Made by a program: the position numbers and the translations under genes. The notes beneath the pieces are model-generated. The model searched no databases. It was not told the DNA's origin and worked only from the letters and a program-made list of their open reading frames with translations. This document shows positions 51,414 to 64,000 of a stretch of 64,000 nucleotides of DNA, piece after piece (within the stretch, counting starts at the first letter, position 1; every line of letters begins with the position of its first letter). The stretch comes from Obrimoposthia wandeli (lineage: Eukaryota). The DNA is taken from NCBI GenBank assembly GCA_977020255.1, contig CDROCS010000529.1:124001-188000 (forward strand). The letters are read 5' to 3'.

Positions 51414-51536
51414 CTGTTCGTGGGTCTATATACGACTGCTGCTTTTGAGCTCGTTCCCGTGAACCCCCTGGAAATCGCCAAGGGCTTCTCAAAGCAGTTT
51501 GCCGATGAAATAAACAAGAAAATGGCGGCCCTCGAG
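51414..51536 (+). CDS. CACNA2D: Calcium channel alpha2-delta subunit exon (LFVGLYTTAAFELVPVNPLEIAKGFSKQFADEINKKMAALE)
   Basis: CAG/GTGAG boundaries, phase 0-0, 123 nt; aligns with the N-terminal alpha2-delta helix region. Confidence 0.85.
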
Positions 51537-53824
51537 GTGAGAAGAAAATCGTACAGTGGGCCTGAATCCATATGTTCTGGCGAAAAATTCATTTTTACTT
51601 TTGATCATAAAATATTGAACGTATGCTAATTCAAACAAGCCAATTCTTTAGTAACATTTTTATAACATAATTCGAATAATTTAAACATTTTTGGTCCAAC
51701 GAAAACTTTGTAAGTCTGTTTCATAGATTTATTTGATAATTGTTAATGATTTATATTGCATTTTCAACAGCAAGTTATGATTTTCAATCCATATGAAGTT
51801 TTTAAAATCAATTTTATTAAGGTCCGAAAACGAAAATATCATTGATAATATTTAGTGGAATATTTTATATTAAAGAATATTGGTTAAAACAAATGAAAAA
51901 GGAAAACAAATATTAATTACGCTGTATGAAACTATAATTTGATCCAGCGTCCACTATATGATAGTATTTTCTACACTGATTACCAATCTGATATTCATAT
52001 TTACTGAGAAAAAGTCATTGCTGTTCTCAACCATTTTACTTGTTCCAATTCATATTTAATTCTGTAATTGTAGCCGAAATATAAAAGTATTATAGAATAT
52101 TTGATTTGCATAAGCCAGCAGAAATCAGTCATCTTCTTTCATCAGCTCGTCCTGGACTAATTGACTAATTTTTAATGAAAACGATCGCCATGTTCATAGC
52201 TTAAACAAATCAATGTGACTATGGCGAAAATGTATCTTCAGTAAAAGTTTCACTCTCGTACATTATTCTAACATTATTTAGAATACTTTATATGTAATTA
52301 TGTAAACGAGAATTTTTCTACTGTGTTTCTCTGTATTTAACTTTATTTTACGATTCTTTAAAATATTCATTATTTTCTTTTTCTGGTTCTACAACATGAA
52401 TTAAAACTTTTACAAAGTTTTTTTAAAATTTAAATATAATGGTGGTTAATTAATAATTTAATTGTAATCAGTGATACATTTGTATATTATATATTATTTT
52501 ATACACCTACTGACACACACACATATATATATATATATATTGGAGTTTCAGAAGAGAAATGATTGATAATTACTGATATCTGATTCAGTTTCAAAAGGAA
52601 AATTTTGAGAAATAAGCTTGGAAAGTATGATTTAAAATAATTTATAATTTTTTTTTTTTTTATCAAAAATTTATATGTTGTATATTAGAAATTGACGATA
52701 GTAAATGTTAGTAATTTAGAAATTAAAAAAACAAGTGTAAAGAATTGTTACTAAATTCGGTTATACGTAACACTTAGAATTTATAAAAGTTTCATTTTAC
52801 TATAGAAGCAATGCACGAAGTGCAGATTTTTCGTCAAATCAATAATGACCCAAAGAATTCAAAAAAATAAATAAATAATGCAATAGCACACCCATAAATT
52901 CTCTAAAATATGAATAAACCTTTTACGTTAACTTTAAAATCTTGAATGAGTCCGAAAATGAAATTTAGAGGACTGTTATTTAATTAATTTTTCAATCACC
53001 TATCTAAATAACAAAGTCCGAAAATGCGGTTATGAAAAGGGTTATTTGCTAGCAATGGTTTCTACATGTTTAACAACTATTTATTTCAACTTAACTTTTA
53101 TGTGTTTTGTAATGTTATTTTTCAGTTAATTAAAACAATTACACAAATCATTTTACCTTTTGTATATTTTTACTCATTTTCCAATTCAATTTGTTTGATT
53201 TTGAAATTAATATAAAATCATCATATTTTAAATACTTAGATTTTTAGAAATTAAGATGATTTTAATCAAACTCATAGTAATTTATAAAATAAAATTTTAG
53301 AGAAACTAATGGAATTGGAAAAATTGACGAGTTTATACAGTTTTGATAACATTTTCATTATTTTTATTGCGGATTCCGAGAAGTTAAGAATTCGCCTTTG
53401 ATGGGACAAAACAGGTCGTAAAAAAACAACAAAAAACTGTTGCATTTGTGCAATGGTACAAAAATATTTCAGAATAGTTTTATCTAATTAATATTAAAAA
53501 ATCAAAATTTAAACAATCGAATAATTTATCACTTGTTGTTTAGGGAATCATAAATTGTCAAAGAATTTAAGCCCGTACTAGATATTAAGAAATAAGAAAA
53601 ACGTCTGGTTCATTAATCATATAACGCATAATTGTTTAATTATTTTAAAAAGTATACTTATTATTTCAGTGGAAAATGTATTTGTACAATTCTCGTTTTA
53701 GAGTACAAAATTCCAAAGCACCGGATATTGATTATTCGCACTCTATATTGCCCATTCGGGTGTGTATGGATGTAGCTGTATGTATATGTGTGTGCATGTA
53801 GTTGATCTGTCTGTGCCATTTCAG

Positions 53825-53884
53825 AGGTCAGTCAAGATAGCTGAGAAGGTGGCCAGAAACTACAAGGTGGACCCAAATCTCGAG
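53825..53884 (+). CDS. CACNA2D: Calcium channel alpha2-delta subunit exon (RSVKIAEKVARNYKVDPNLE)
   Basis: CAG/GTAAT boundaries; 60 nt, matching the RLxxxAE exon of vertebrate CACNA2D. Confidence 0.88.
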
Positions 53885-54542
53885 GTAATTTGGTGCACAT
53901 GTGCACTTCTACTTAGTGTGGTGTGTGTTGTGTGTGCACTTATCTTCGTGGGATTAGGTGGGCCTATCCAGAATCGTCACCCAACAAGTTTGGCAGCACT
54001 GAATTGCTGATCAATATTCGTTGAATATTTCTTTCAAGTAACTAAATATTAATCCGTGTTTGTTGAAAAAATCTGCTTGGGAAAAACAGTCAACGTTCTA
54101 TTTTCCATATCAATTTTCATATATAATTCCGATTTCTGCAAATTAATTTCAAAATCAAAATTATTCTCAATGCAGTTTTAAAATTTAAAAAAAATACACT
54201 GTATGCTCTATATTACAAGGCCATATTAAATTGCTGACAAAAATGCGGAGTGGATGAGCAAAATTAACGACTGCACTTCAGATTACTTTAAAAATTAGTC
54301 TAAAAGCACAAATTTCGACTTTGCAACTAAGATTGATTAATATTTTTCTAAGTAAATTTGTGTATAATATATTTGTCTCATGTTTGCCTGATGCTAAAAT
54401 TTAGAAGTCCCTACTGGCGTTGAAAGGTTCTAATCCCATCTAATCTGCCTCGGCATCTAAATTTGTATATCTTCATTTCGTTTATTATTGTATGATGACC
54501 ATAGATAATTTTTCAAATCTTTTCAAATTATATTATTCATAA

Positions 54543-54616
54543 TTTTTGACAAAAAATTACATATCATAGAGACTACTTTTTGACAAAAAATTACATATCA
54601 TAGAGACTACTTTTTG
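54543..54616. repeat. Tandem duplication of ~34 bp (TTTTTGACAAAAAATTACATATCATAGAGACTAC x2)
   Basis: Seen directly. Confidence 0.9.
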
Positions 54617-55544
54617 AAAGTAATCCTTGAGACGGTAACTTATTTCCTCATTACCTACAAGGTGGTCAACATTAATTTGAACAAAAGTTTTGTTTATGTA
54701 TGATCTTGACTATGAAAATCGAAAACTACTGAACTAGATAAATGCAAATCTTTGCTAAATTTGGCTTTATTAGAAGGTGGACTTACCAAAGCATCAAATA
54801 AAAATAAAAGTAAGCATTTTTTAATATTGGAAGATTTTCATTAAATGCTTATTCATGTAGAGAAGTAACAAAGAGGCTTTCAAATATTTCTGATTGCTCT
54901 CAAATACAAGATGATAAATAATTAGAATTAAATTTTTTTTTTCTAATTCAAATATTCTTATTATTTAAAAGCCTCGGTACTTAAGTGATATGTTATTCAT
55001 GTATATATATATTCATGTTTCTTATTTATATAATCAGTCCCTACTTCATCTGCGAAATTGCAAAAACTATGGTTAAGAAGTTTTATGATAAGAATAATTT
55101 AAGAGAAGTAAACAGAGTTAAGTGCTTTTGAAAAGTCTTTGTCAGCAGATTCTAGCGTTATAATAAATTGAATTTTTGTTGTTGTTTAAATATAGTAAAT
55201 AATATTAATGAAAAATAACTGGAAGTAATTTTCTTCCCTTAGAATAGTGTTTTATACATCAAATAAATTCGTTACAAATATTTATTTTTAATAAAAATTT
55301 TCTAAACAAATACCTTAGTTGATGAGTTTAGAATTTCGAAGGAAGTTTCAAAAACTTTGTTACAGTTTAATGATTTTTATTTATTAGTCCACCCACTTCG
55401 CCTTTGTCTACAAAACACCATGAGGTTAAAAGAAAACATTTCATCTTTTGTGGATTAATATTAGCTTTTAAACGATTTATTTACTTATCTTTGAACACAA
55501 CATCAAGAATTTAGCTTCTAAAGAATTCTGTTTTCCAAATGCAG

Positions 55545-55680
55545 AAGGTCAATGTAACCTACATAAACTCAAAGGAAATCCTGCCCAATGATACGAGCCT
55601 TCAGTACAATCCAATCTTCCGGACCAAGGTCGTCCCTACCGAGTCTTCCGTGCATATTCCCACCGAGATTTATGATGGAG
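55545..55680 (+). CDS. CACNA2D: Calcium channel alpha2-delta subunit exon (KVNVTYINSKE..SSVHIPTEIYDG)
   Basis: VHIPTEIYDG matches the conserved alpha2-delta VHIPTDIYEG motif; CAG/GTAGG, phase 0 to 1; next exon not found in window. Confidence 0.92.
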
Positions 55681-56719
55681 GTAGGAGGCTGAACGACTGT
55701 TTAACCAATTCTTCTGGTAAAATAATTTAGGTGGAGTCTTAAAACTCGATCTTTTTAATATAACAAAACCATTTAAATTCTGAAAGCCGAAATAAATGTA
55801 ATATACCAAATATCAATAGTAGCCATATTTTCGCAAACAGTTCATTGACGAAAAGATTTTTTTGAATTTAGACTCAAAATCTCTTGAACCCCTGTTGACA
55901 TCAACAAAGTTACTTTCCCAAACAATTTTCTATTCACCAAAATAAATGATAACCCGACGGAGTCAGGTCTGGACTATCTGGTGGATGTGGTAATAATCCG
56001 ATTGCATCTATTTCTTGGGTTCTATTTGGGATATGTGAACGAAGATTATAAGGTTTAATATCTTTTAAGCATAACATTTAATTAACACTTTACATGGATG
56101 TTCCAGTTTCAACTTGTTTCAAAAATCTTGTCTGAATTTGAAAATGAGTAAAGTCATGAGGAACGTAATTTATGTTTCAAAATTAACCAAAAAATTTTAA
56201 AAATACACCTAATCTTAGAACAAGAGAATATTCTCAACTGGGTACCTCTGAATATTAAAATAATCAATTTTAAATAAAGGTAATAAAATATAAGATGTCA
56301 TTTTTAGCAATCACAACTTCTAAAAACCTGTAAAACCCGAGACAGTATTAACTAGCAAATCATTGGTTAACATTTTAATGGAACTGGTTTTGAAATACAC
56401 TCAAACCTTTCGAAAACGAACCATCTGGTTAACAAACAGCAACTTTGTGTTTTACTAATTCAGTAACAATTAGTACAACTCCTGTTTATGAAATTTCTTC
56501 ATTTCCACTCTTGTAGTCAACTTTAAACAAATGACATTTTAGTTTTAAATAAGGAACAAAAAAAAATGTTTAAACATAATTTATATGTGGAAGTTTTAAT
56601 TTTTAATATATTTTTTAAAACACGGTAGTTAAATATCTATTATTTATTTAGTCAATTTTACCCTTTAAATTATAAACCAAAGAAGAAACAACTATTCGAG
56701 AAAAAAATCTAACTTTTAA

Positions 56720-57060
56720 AAGAAAGAAGGGAAATTTGCAGAAGATAATAGAAACTATTCTCAAAGAGATATTGCAGAAGGTTCGAAATCCCACTTGGTA
56801 CAGTAAATTATATTCCTCAAAGAGCTGATGTTATCAGAAACGTTAAAGAAGAAAATTACAAATATCGAAATCCTATTGAGAATTACCCATGCTGTTAATA
56901 AAGCTTTGTTCCAAAGGTTTCTTCCCAAACGTTCAATCCCCGAATTTTAAGAGGACCAGATATTTTTCAAGGGTATATCATGCTACATCAGTTTTGGTTA
57001 GAAGCAAACGAATATAAAGAAAAATACATTCTTGGTTAAAGTGATGATACTTTAAACATT
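56720..57060 (+). mobile_element. pogo/Tigger N-terminal (CENP-B-type HTH) relic
   Basis: YSQRDIAE/FEIPLGTVNYI..NKALFQRF pattern with frameshifts. Confidence 0.45.
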
Positions 57061-59807
57061 CGAGAATCCAAAGACCGAGACTTAATAAATACAACGTACC
57101 GTGAAATTGTTGACCCAACACAATTGTGTGCTATTGTTTTAGAACCGACACTTTACGTCTCGAAATTTGTTTGGTCTTATGCGTCACTTACGATTATGTA
57201 GGTTAATATTTTGTAACATTAAGTATATAGTTCAAAAATTTAAAAATTCAAAATTGTGATTTCTTGAGAAGGGTGATAACATGATTACAAAATTTTATGA
57301 TTTTTGTGACGAATTTTTGTAAATGAGAAAATGAGTACAAATGAGAAAATTTGTACAAAATGAGAAAAAGTTAAAAGGAAGTAATAAACAAAAATTTCAA
57401 TCCACCCAGTCGTCATTAACAGGTTTGACTGTAATTATTTTGAAAGCTTCAATTTAAAATTAATTTGGTAATCAAAATATTTCATTTTATTTTCAATTCA
57501 CATTTTTAAATTAATTAAGTAAACATATCATTTGAAATATTTTAAACTTTTAAAAATAATGCTTTATCTCTTAATTTCTTTAATATATGTATATATCAAA
57601 TAGTAAGCGCACGTTCGTCATCATTTTATATTTTTATACTACAAATTAAAAATTACTAAGATTGAAGAATACCACTCGAGATCATTTCATTTTAATTGGT
57701 TATATATTAAAGTTGGTAATTGTATATATTTTAATGTATTTATTGTTAACTAACTAGTTTATTAGAGAAACTCAAAGAAGCGTGAAATGTTACATATGAA
57801 AGTTGAACATGAAAAATTTCTACAATGAAATAATCTAAATATTGTTATTTACATGTTCTTTAAAATTAAAAAAATATTTCTGAAAGTTCATTTTTAAATA
57901 AAATCAGGATTATTCATAGTTTTATCAAAATTTCCATGTGGCGAGAAATTCTTCGTAAATTTGTTTTACTGTTTTCAAAAGGCTGCTTTTAATTCAGTTC
58001 CCAACACGAAATTTAGCTGCAAAAAATAAATATTTAACAAATTATTATTTTGTTGATTATAATTAATAAATAGAAAATATTGAGAAAACTAAAGTCTAAT
58101 GACAAAATTCAAATTAATTTTTTATCATAGAAAACGAGTATAACGAGTTGCATTTAAATATTTCTATATTTTTGCTTAAATATCCAAATATGAGCCTAAG
58201 TTACATTGAGAATTCACAAATAAAATTTTGAGAAAAATATTTTACAAAAAATCCTTATGCAATTACATTGCGTCATTTAGAGCCGTGGTTCTCAATCTCT
58301 TTCAAGTTGATGAATCCTCAAGAATCTTTCCCCAACAACGCTAAATAAAACATAAATATTCAAAACATTGACTCTACATTGGTTTGCACATTTTTGCATA
58401 TTAGGAATGAGCTCCGTAATCATTTCCTACCTTTGACCTGATGTGTATCACCACACAGAATCCATTATCAGTCAAGCAGAAGGTAAGGTTCCCAAACTCA
58501 TTGTACACAGGCTGTGGCCATCTTTGGGCGAGAACCGATCTTACTGGGAAAAAACATATCAGTCTCACCTCGATCAGCGTCTTCTTCCATAATTGCAAAC
58601 ATCCACAAAAGCTGTATATGACACTCATACATTCAATTACTGTTGAATAAAGTATTTGTAGTTTCGAGTTAAGCCGACTAGGTTCAATTGCTGCTGCTAA
58701 AATTCCTTGTAAATGAGTTGCAGTCGTTGAGAAAGGTGTTTAAATTTCTTCTTCAGAAAAGTACATAGTACATTGTTTATTCATCAGTTGAATTATTTTT
58801 TTCTAAATTTATTTAATAAAACAATATTGGTCTTTTCGCCTACCTCAGAATATGCTAAGTCCTGTGTAAGAGTAAATGGATGTTTTGATATTTGATGTCG
58901 ACTCAATCTAGAGGGTTTCAATCTACTTTAGTACGACTCATCGATGACTCATGATCTTTGTTCTTCTATTTTGAGTAACTTACATATGTTTTGATTTGAA
59001 ATTCATATTGACATGTATTCATTACTATTATGATGGAAACTTGCTGTTGAAAATACTGATTTAAGTAATCCAATTTAAATTATGTTTTTTTAATTTAAAT
59101 AAAACATTACTGAACAACCCACTCTGTTAACTTTGTCATTAGCAATGAAAATGAAGTTCCAGAAAAGCATTTCGTGAGATACTAAAGGTTTGCTGCATGT
59201 TTAATACACTGACATATTTCTAAGGTTATGCATAAAAATCAACTTGGCAGGAACTTCAAACTTAAAGCTACGACTATTTTTTAATTTAAATATCGATAGG
59301 AAAGATATTCACTTCAATTGTATTAATGTCATTTGAAACGTGCGTTCATAGAAGATTGATGTGCTTTTCTCGAAGCATAACACGAAGCCAACGAGATGGA
59401 GTGTTGCGATTATTCCTCACTTATTCACGCTTGAGATTGTGTTGACAGTTATTCAGAAATATAACTCCAGTTTTGTTTTGAAAAACCTAACTTCCAACTG
59501 TCTTAAAGCAATTTTAAATTTGTTTGGAAAAAATAAGTAAAAGAGTATAAATATATAAATATAGGGAAATTTTAACTGAAACAATGTTGCAACTGCCGGA
59601 AAAATGAAGAACAAAATTATTTTAAAAATTACTCTATGTTATGTTCTACTTTTATTCACAAGTAATAAATGTATGCATACATTTATTTGAACTTTTGGAT
59701 TTTTTTTAGAAAATACATAATCAGTTACATATAAAAACAGACTAACTGAATAAACACTATTTAATTAGGCTGTATAGTAAAATAAATTAAATTTTAACAC
59801 TAACATA

Positions 59808-60245
59808 TAGTAGGTAGATGTGTCCGGTCTATTCCACCCCACCGGAGGGGGGTTACCACTGTCCTTTAAAACCGTGCATGTGTGTGGTGTGAAATTTCGT
59901 GCATGTGTGTGGAGTGAAATTTCGTGCTTGTGTGTACGCGAATTTTTTGTTGTTGTTGAAAAATTGAAAAAGCAATGAATAGAGGGGGTGGAGAGTACCG
60001 GAAAACTAGAATAAAGCCCGCCCCTTTGGGGCGAGCAGTGGGGCGGGGGATTCGCCCCAAGAGGGACGAAAAACATTTTGGGTGGGGGTTAACCCCTACT
60101 CCCCCTATTCGTTGCTTTTTCAATTAAAAAGAAATCGCGTACACACATGCACGAAATTTCACCCCACACACATACACGGTTTTAAAGGACAGTGATAGCC
60201 CCCCGGGGGAGGGGGGTGGATTAGACCGGACACATCCACCTACTA
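59808..60245. mobile_element. GC-rich palindromic MITE (438 bp) with ~130-bp imperfect TIRs, TAGTAGG..CCTACTA ends
   Basis: TIRs seen directly; flanked by CATA on both sides (4-bp TSD; a TA TSD with shorter ends is also possible). Confidence 0.9.
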
Positions 60246-63200
60246 CATATCTTTGATTTGATCACTCTATTTTGACTCAAAGATAAAAATAATAACAAAT
60301 AAGATTCTAAAAATAGATGTTTTAACACTTATTACTCTTTTCTAAATATTTTCTGTAAAAAAAATATTTGAAAAATGTACAGTTTTAGAGCCACAGTCCT
60401 GATATTTACAATACTTCGTTTATTAGAAACACCAATGCATCGGTCAATAGTATTGGAGTATTTTTCAACTGTATTAATGAAATTTCGTCGTGTGATATTC
60501 GTACCAACAGCTAAATTGAATAATATGTGAGAATTTAAGGTCACCTTATCAAGCATATCATAAAAAACAAATACATGTCATCGACGCTTTGTAGATTTTG
60601 ATGAATATAATTGTAAAATATTTTCCAGAATATACACTCCCCCTTTATTATGATTGTAAGATGTAATTATGTGACTTTTTCTGCTAATAGAAAAGATAAT
60701 TAACTGTAGTTATATAACAGCATTTATTTGGTATCACCAATTATCATTATCACTTTCAGAACCTTAATTGGCACGATTTATGTCTTCTATTATTTGTAGA
60801 AAGATTTTGTTTCCTTTTGACACTTTCAAATTATCTAAAATATTTAAATAAAATGAGCATTAAAAATGTTTTTTTGATAGTTGAAATTTTTAATATTTTT
60901 ATGTGGCTCAAATGATCTAATATGGATGTATCAGGTATAATGTATTTTAAAATCGTTACAATTTACAATTACAACTTGAAATCCTGTAGAAATGATCTCC
61001 ATAGAAAATCAATAATTCATCCACTGTGATTGACTCTGTAAAGTCATTGAAAATTTGCAACAATACTTCATGGAATCAATTTGGAGTAGACATCCCAGGT
61101 TGTCAATTAGCTCTGATCCTGTTCACCAGCCTGATGTCTTTGTCTACCCGGACTCGGAAAGGACAAGGTGGATTGATAATGAATCAGTCGTCCTGTGATC
61201 TCCGCTGACTTTCTAGCGACTGGGAACAGCAGCCAGATGGAGGAAGTCGTGCAATAAAGATTATGTCTCTCTCTCACATCTTTCATCTTTCTTTCCTTTT
61301 CCAAGAATCCGATATTGAGTTTTGGCAGCAGACTACAAAACCGTTTTTTAAGAAATATTCACAAGTTACTGACTTAATATTTTTTTAACTTAGATTTTTT
61401 GTGCGGATTTTTAGAGTTTTTATAAATAATTTCGAAATTTAGGACATTACCTTAATTCATCAAGAATACAAGAATTGCGATATTAATTTCATTAAAATAA
61501 TCTTCATTAATGGTACCACTTTTATAAGCTCAGATATCTGTGGATTTTTAAAACACTCCACAGATTTTAAACTTCAGCGAATATAAACCGTGATTTCTCT
61601 GTTTAACTACAAACTGGTGTATATAAGGACCAGAAAATGTCATTTTAGGGATGCTGATTTCTATGCCTCAAATCGTGATTACAGCAAATGAAGTTGATAC
61701 CTGATCTATATATGTTAAATTATATCAATCCAAACAAGCAAGTTTGTAAACATGACTGGCAGCTTTACTGTTTCTACTGTTGTTTATTTTTCGGAGAAAA
61801 TGTACAATTTTGTGAAGGCTTCAATGACTGCAATAATTCTACATACAGAACTTCTGAAATTTCACCGAACAAAATACTAATAGAAATTCAAAATAAAAAT
61901 TCAAAATAAAATTCAAATAGAAAAATGACGGATTCCAGGATTAGAATTCAACAAAATATTATAAATATTATCAAACTTAATTTTTAGTTTAAATAAATAT
62001 ATTTTTATCAAATAAACAATTTTTTAAACATTACGAAAGGTATCAGTATTGGCCTAAATCTGAATATATGTCATTTAAAATGCTGATAGAAAACAGTGAG
62101 AGTATGCAACCATGTTAATATATTTTCAGACATTTTAGGCAATCTTTTGTTATGTTTAGCGGAAGACTGTTTTATTTAATGCTCAAAGCCTCACGCAGTT
62201 CTTTCGAAATAATTTCTATTATTTTTATGAGTTACTACAAACTTAGTCTTTAAATTTGCGAATGCTTGCACAGACTTGATTAGACTCAAACGCACCTACT
62301 TGAGAACGGATATAAAGAATATTCTATTGAGTTATACTCATTGGACAATAGTAAAACCTTTAGTTAAATCTTTCATAATAATTGTCTGATTATCCCAGTT
62401 CCATAAGCTTTCGATAGTTCAAAATGACTATAAACAAACTCTTTGACAAAAAATGTGGCATGTTTCACAATAGTTTAAAGTTTTCAATATGATTTCTAAT
62501 CAATTTTCTTCATCAAAATATCTTATCTCTAATTTAGAATAGCAGTTTCAACGTGATTGTTATAATGTCGCATACATAGGAGAGACAAATCGTCACCTCC
62601 AAACTAGAGATTGTGGTTATTCGTATAAATGAAGGGTTAATTTGAAAGAACAACGTGTGAGGTTTTGTGTATAAAAGGAAACAGACCTTCATTAAAGATA
62701 CAAAGGGATTGGCATGATTGCATAATCGCACTATTTTTGGATGTTGCACAATGCTACTGTCAAGATATTTAATGAGAAACAGTTTACACCAGCACTGATG
62801 ATGAGTTTTCATACACAAAACATGTTTACAATATAAGTTTTAACTTTTAATTGACATGAATATTTTGATAATTTAAATATTCAAATTGTCATATTTTAGG
62901 AAAGTCAATTTTCATCAAAGGTAACGGTTATCGCAGGTTTAATCAGGCTCGGATCGTCTTTTTTTACTCTTCTGTTGTGACCACATTTCAAACAAAATAT
63001 TAACTGATTATAGATGTCATGTTGAGTTTTACCATTGCAATGAGAACGTTGTGTTTGAATGTTATTAACTGTCTTTTTATGTGTGAGTTTGAAAATTAAT
63101 TTCAAGATGGATATCCCTCATCCGCACTCTTGTTTTGGATTTGATGAAATTCATTCAGGAGAATATTTGTTCGCACTTATATGTGCTTTCAAAAACTGAT

Positions 63201-64000
63201 ATTTGCTTCTTAACAAAGTCTATGTGACGTGGAAGGTCTTCTTGGGAGAGATTCTTATAAAATTAAAGCAATGGGTACATTGGAAATCAATATTACTTTT
63301 CTCACTTCATATTCAGTTATAGTGGGGCTTGATCAAGTAAACGTTCTGTCTCATTTTGAAGTCGTTAAATCTGTCAGCAAATTGTTTTTCAATGGTATTT
63401 GATTATTTTATTTTCTAAGGTTGCAGAATGATAAGTTTTACCATTCTTTATATGATCTTGTCAAAGTTGTATTTTAGTTTGAATTATTTACTATTGGAGA
63501 AAAACTCGTGGAATAATTGTCTTCGTTGTAGTTTGAAGTAGTGGTCATTTGGGTGTGATATAAAATCAATAGCAAATGATAGGTCTCGAACCCACGCCTG
63601 TCTTTCAGTTCTGCGACTGGCTTTTCTTTCATTTCATTGAGGTGCAAATGTAAACTCTGAGGGTACGAAACAGTTCAAGTATCAGGCGTTGACTCTTCCA
63701 GTAAAATCTCATAGTAGTATATAAGATTTCCCGAGAAGGGTCGCCAATTTTTTCCTTCATGGATGGTTTTTTACTAAAAGTATTAAAGCGGTTTATTTTG
63801 CCATATACTCTTCTAGCCTGGCTATTTAAATGCATAAATACGAATGAGAACGTTTCGGGCACGGACATTTTGGACTAGGAAGTTTTGGACTTTCCAGATT
63901 TATGCTAGATAATAGTGTTCTTTCTAAAAAGATGTTTTATACCAATTTTAAAAAAATAGTTAGTTATCTAAAAAAATTAGAATTGAGTCGATTTATTTTT

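Noticed and set aside
58282-58300. CCGTGGTTCTCAA as a hAT terminus
   Set aside because: Single degenerate end with no partner or transposase
63572-63625. tRNA-like B box (GGGTTCGAGACC on the minus strand)
   Set aside because: No A box, anticodon arm or acceptor stem can be formed; at most a SINE or tRNA fragment
61026-63868. Short ORFs at 61026-61304, 61688-61909, 62534-63105 and 63629-63868
   Set aside because: No motif, splice pattern or codon signal that I can support

Overview
AT-rich eukaryotic (animal) genomic DNA with short spliceosomal introns; no prokaryotic features or CRISPR. The species cannot be assigned from sequence alone. The left 41 kb is a complex rearrangement: P-A-B-C-D-E-F-C'-B'-E'-A-B-G (primes = inverted). 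It contains two intact, convergently oriented transformer-2 (tra2) genes (10334-11565 +, 24193-22962 -) in 5.7-kb inverted arms. These flank decayed Polinton/Maverick (adintovirus-like) DNA: major capsid C-terminus, adenain-type protease, and a ~4.6-kb pPolB reading frame. That frame appears to carry two tandem ubiquitin-like domains and several Gly-Gly sites at its N-terminus. A second Polinton end at 1-2264 carries frameshifted TBP-like and BIR (IAP-like) genes and terminates in ACTACT. Many DNA-transposon relics are present (Buster-type hAT, hATm-like, Chapaev3-like, Tc1/mariner, pogo/Tigger, a TAG..CTA MITE), plus an LTR-like block. The right part holds four coding exons of a voltage-gated calcium channel alpha2-delta subunit gene (49862-55680 +). 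All family assignments come from motif recognition by eye; no database searches were run, and relic boundaries are approximate.
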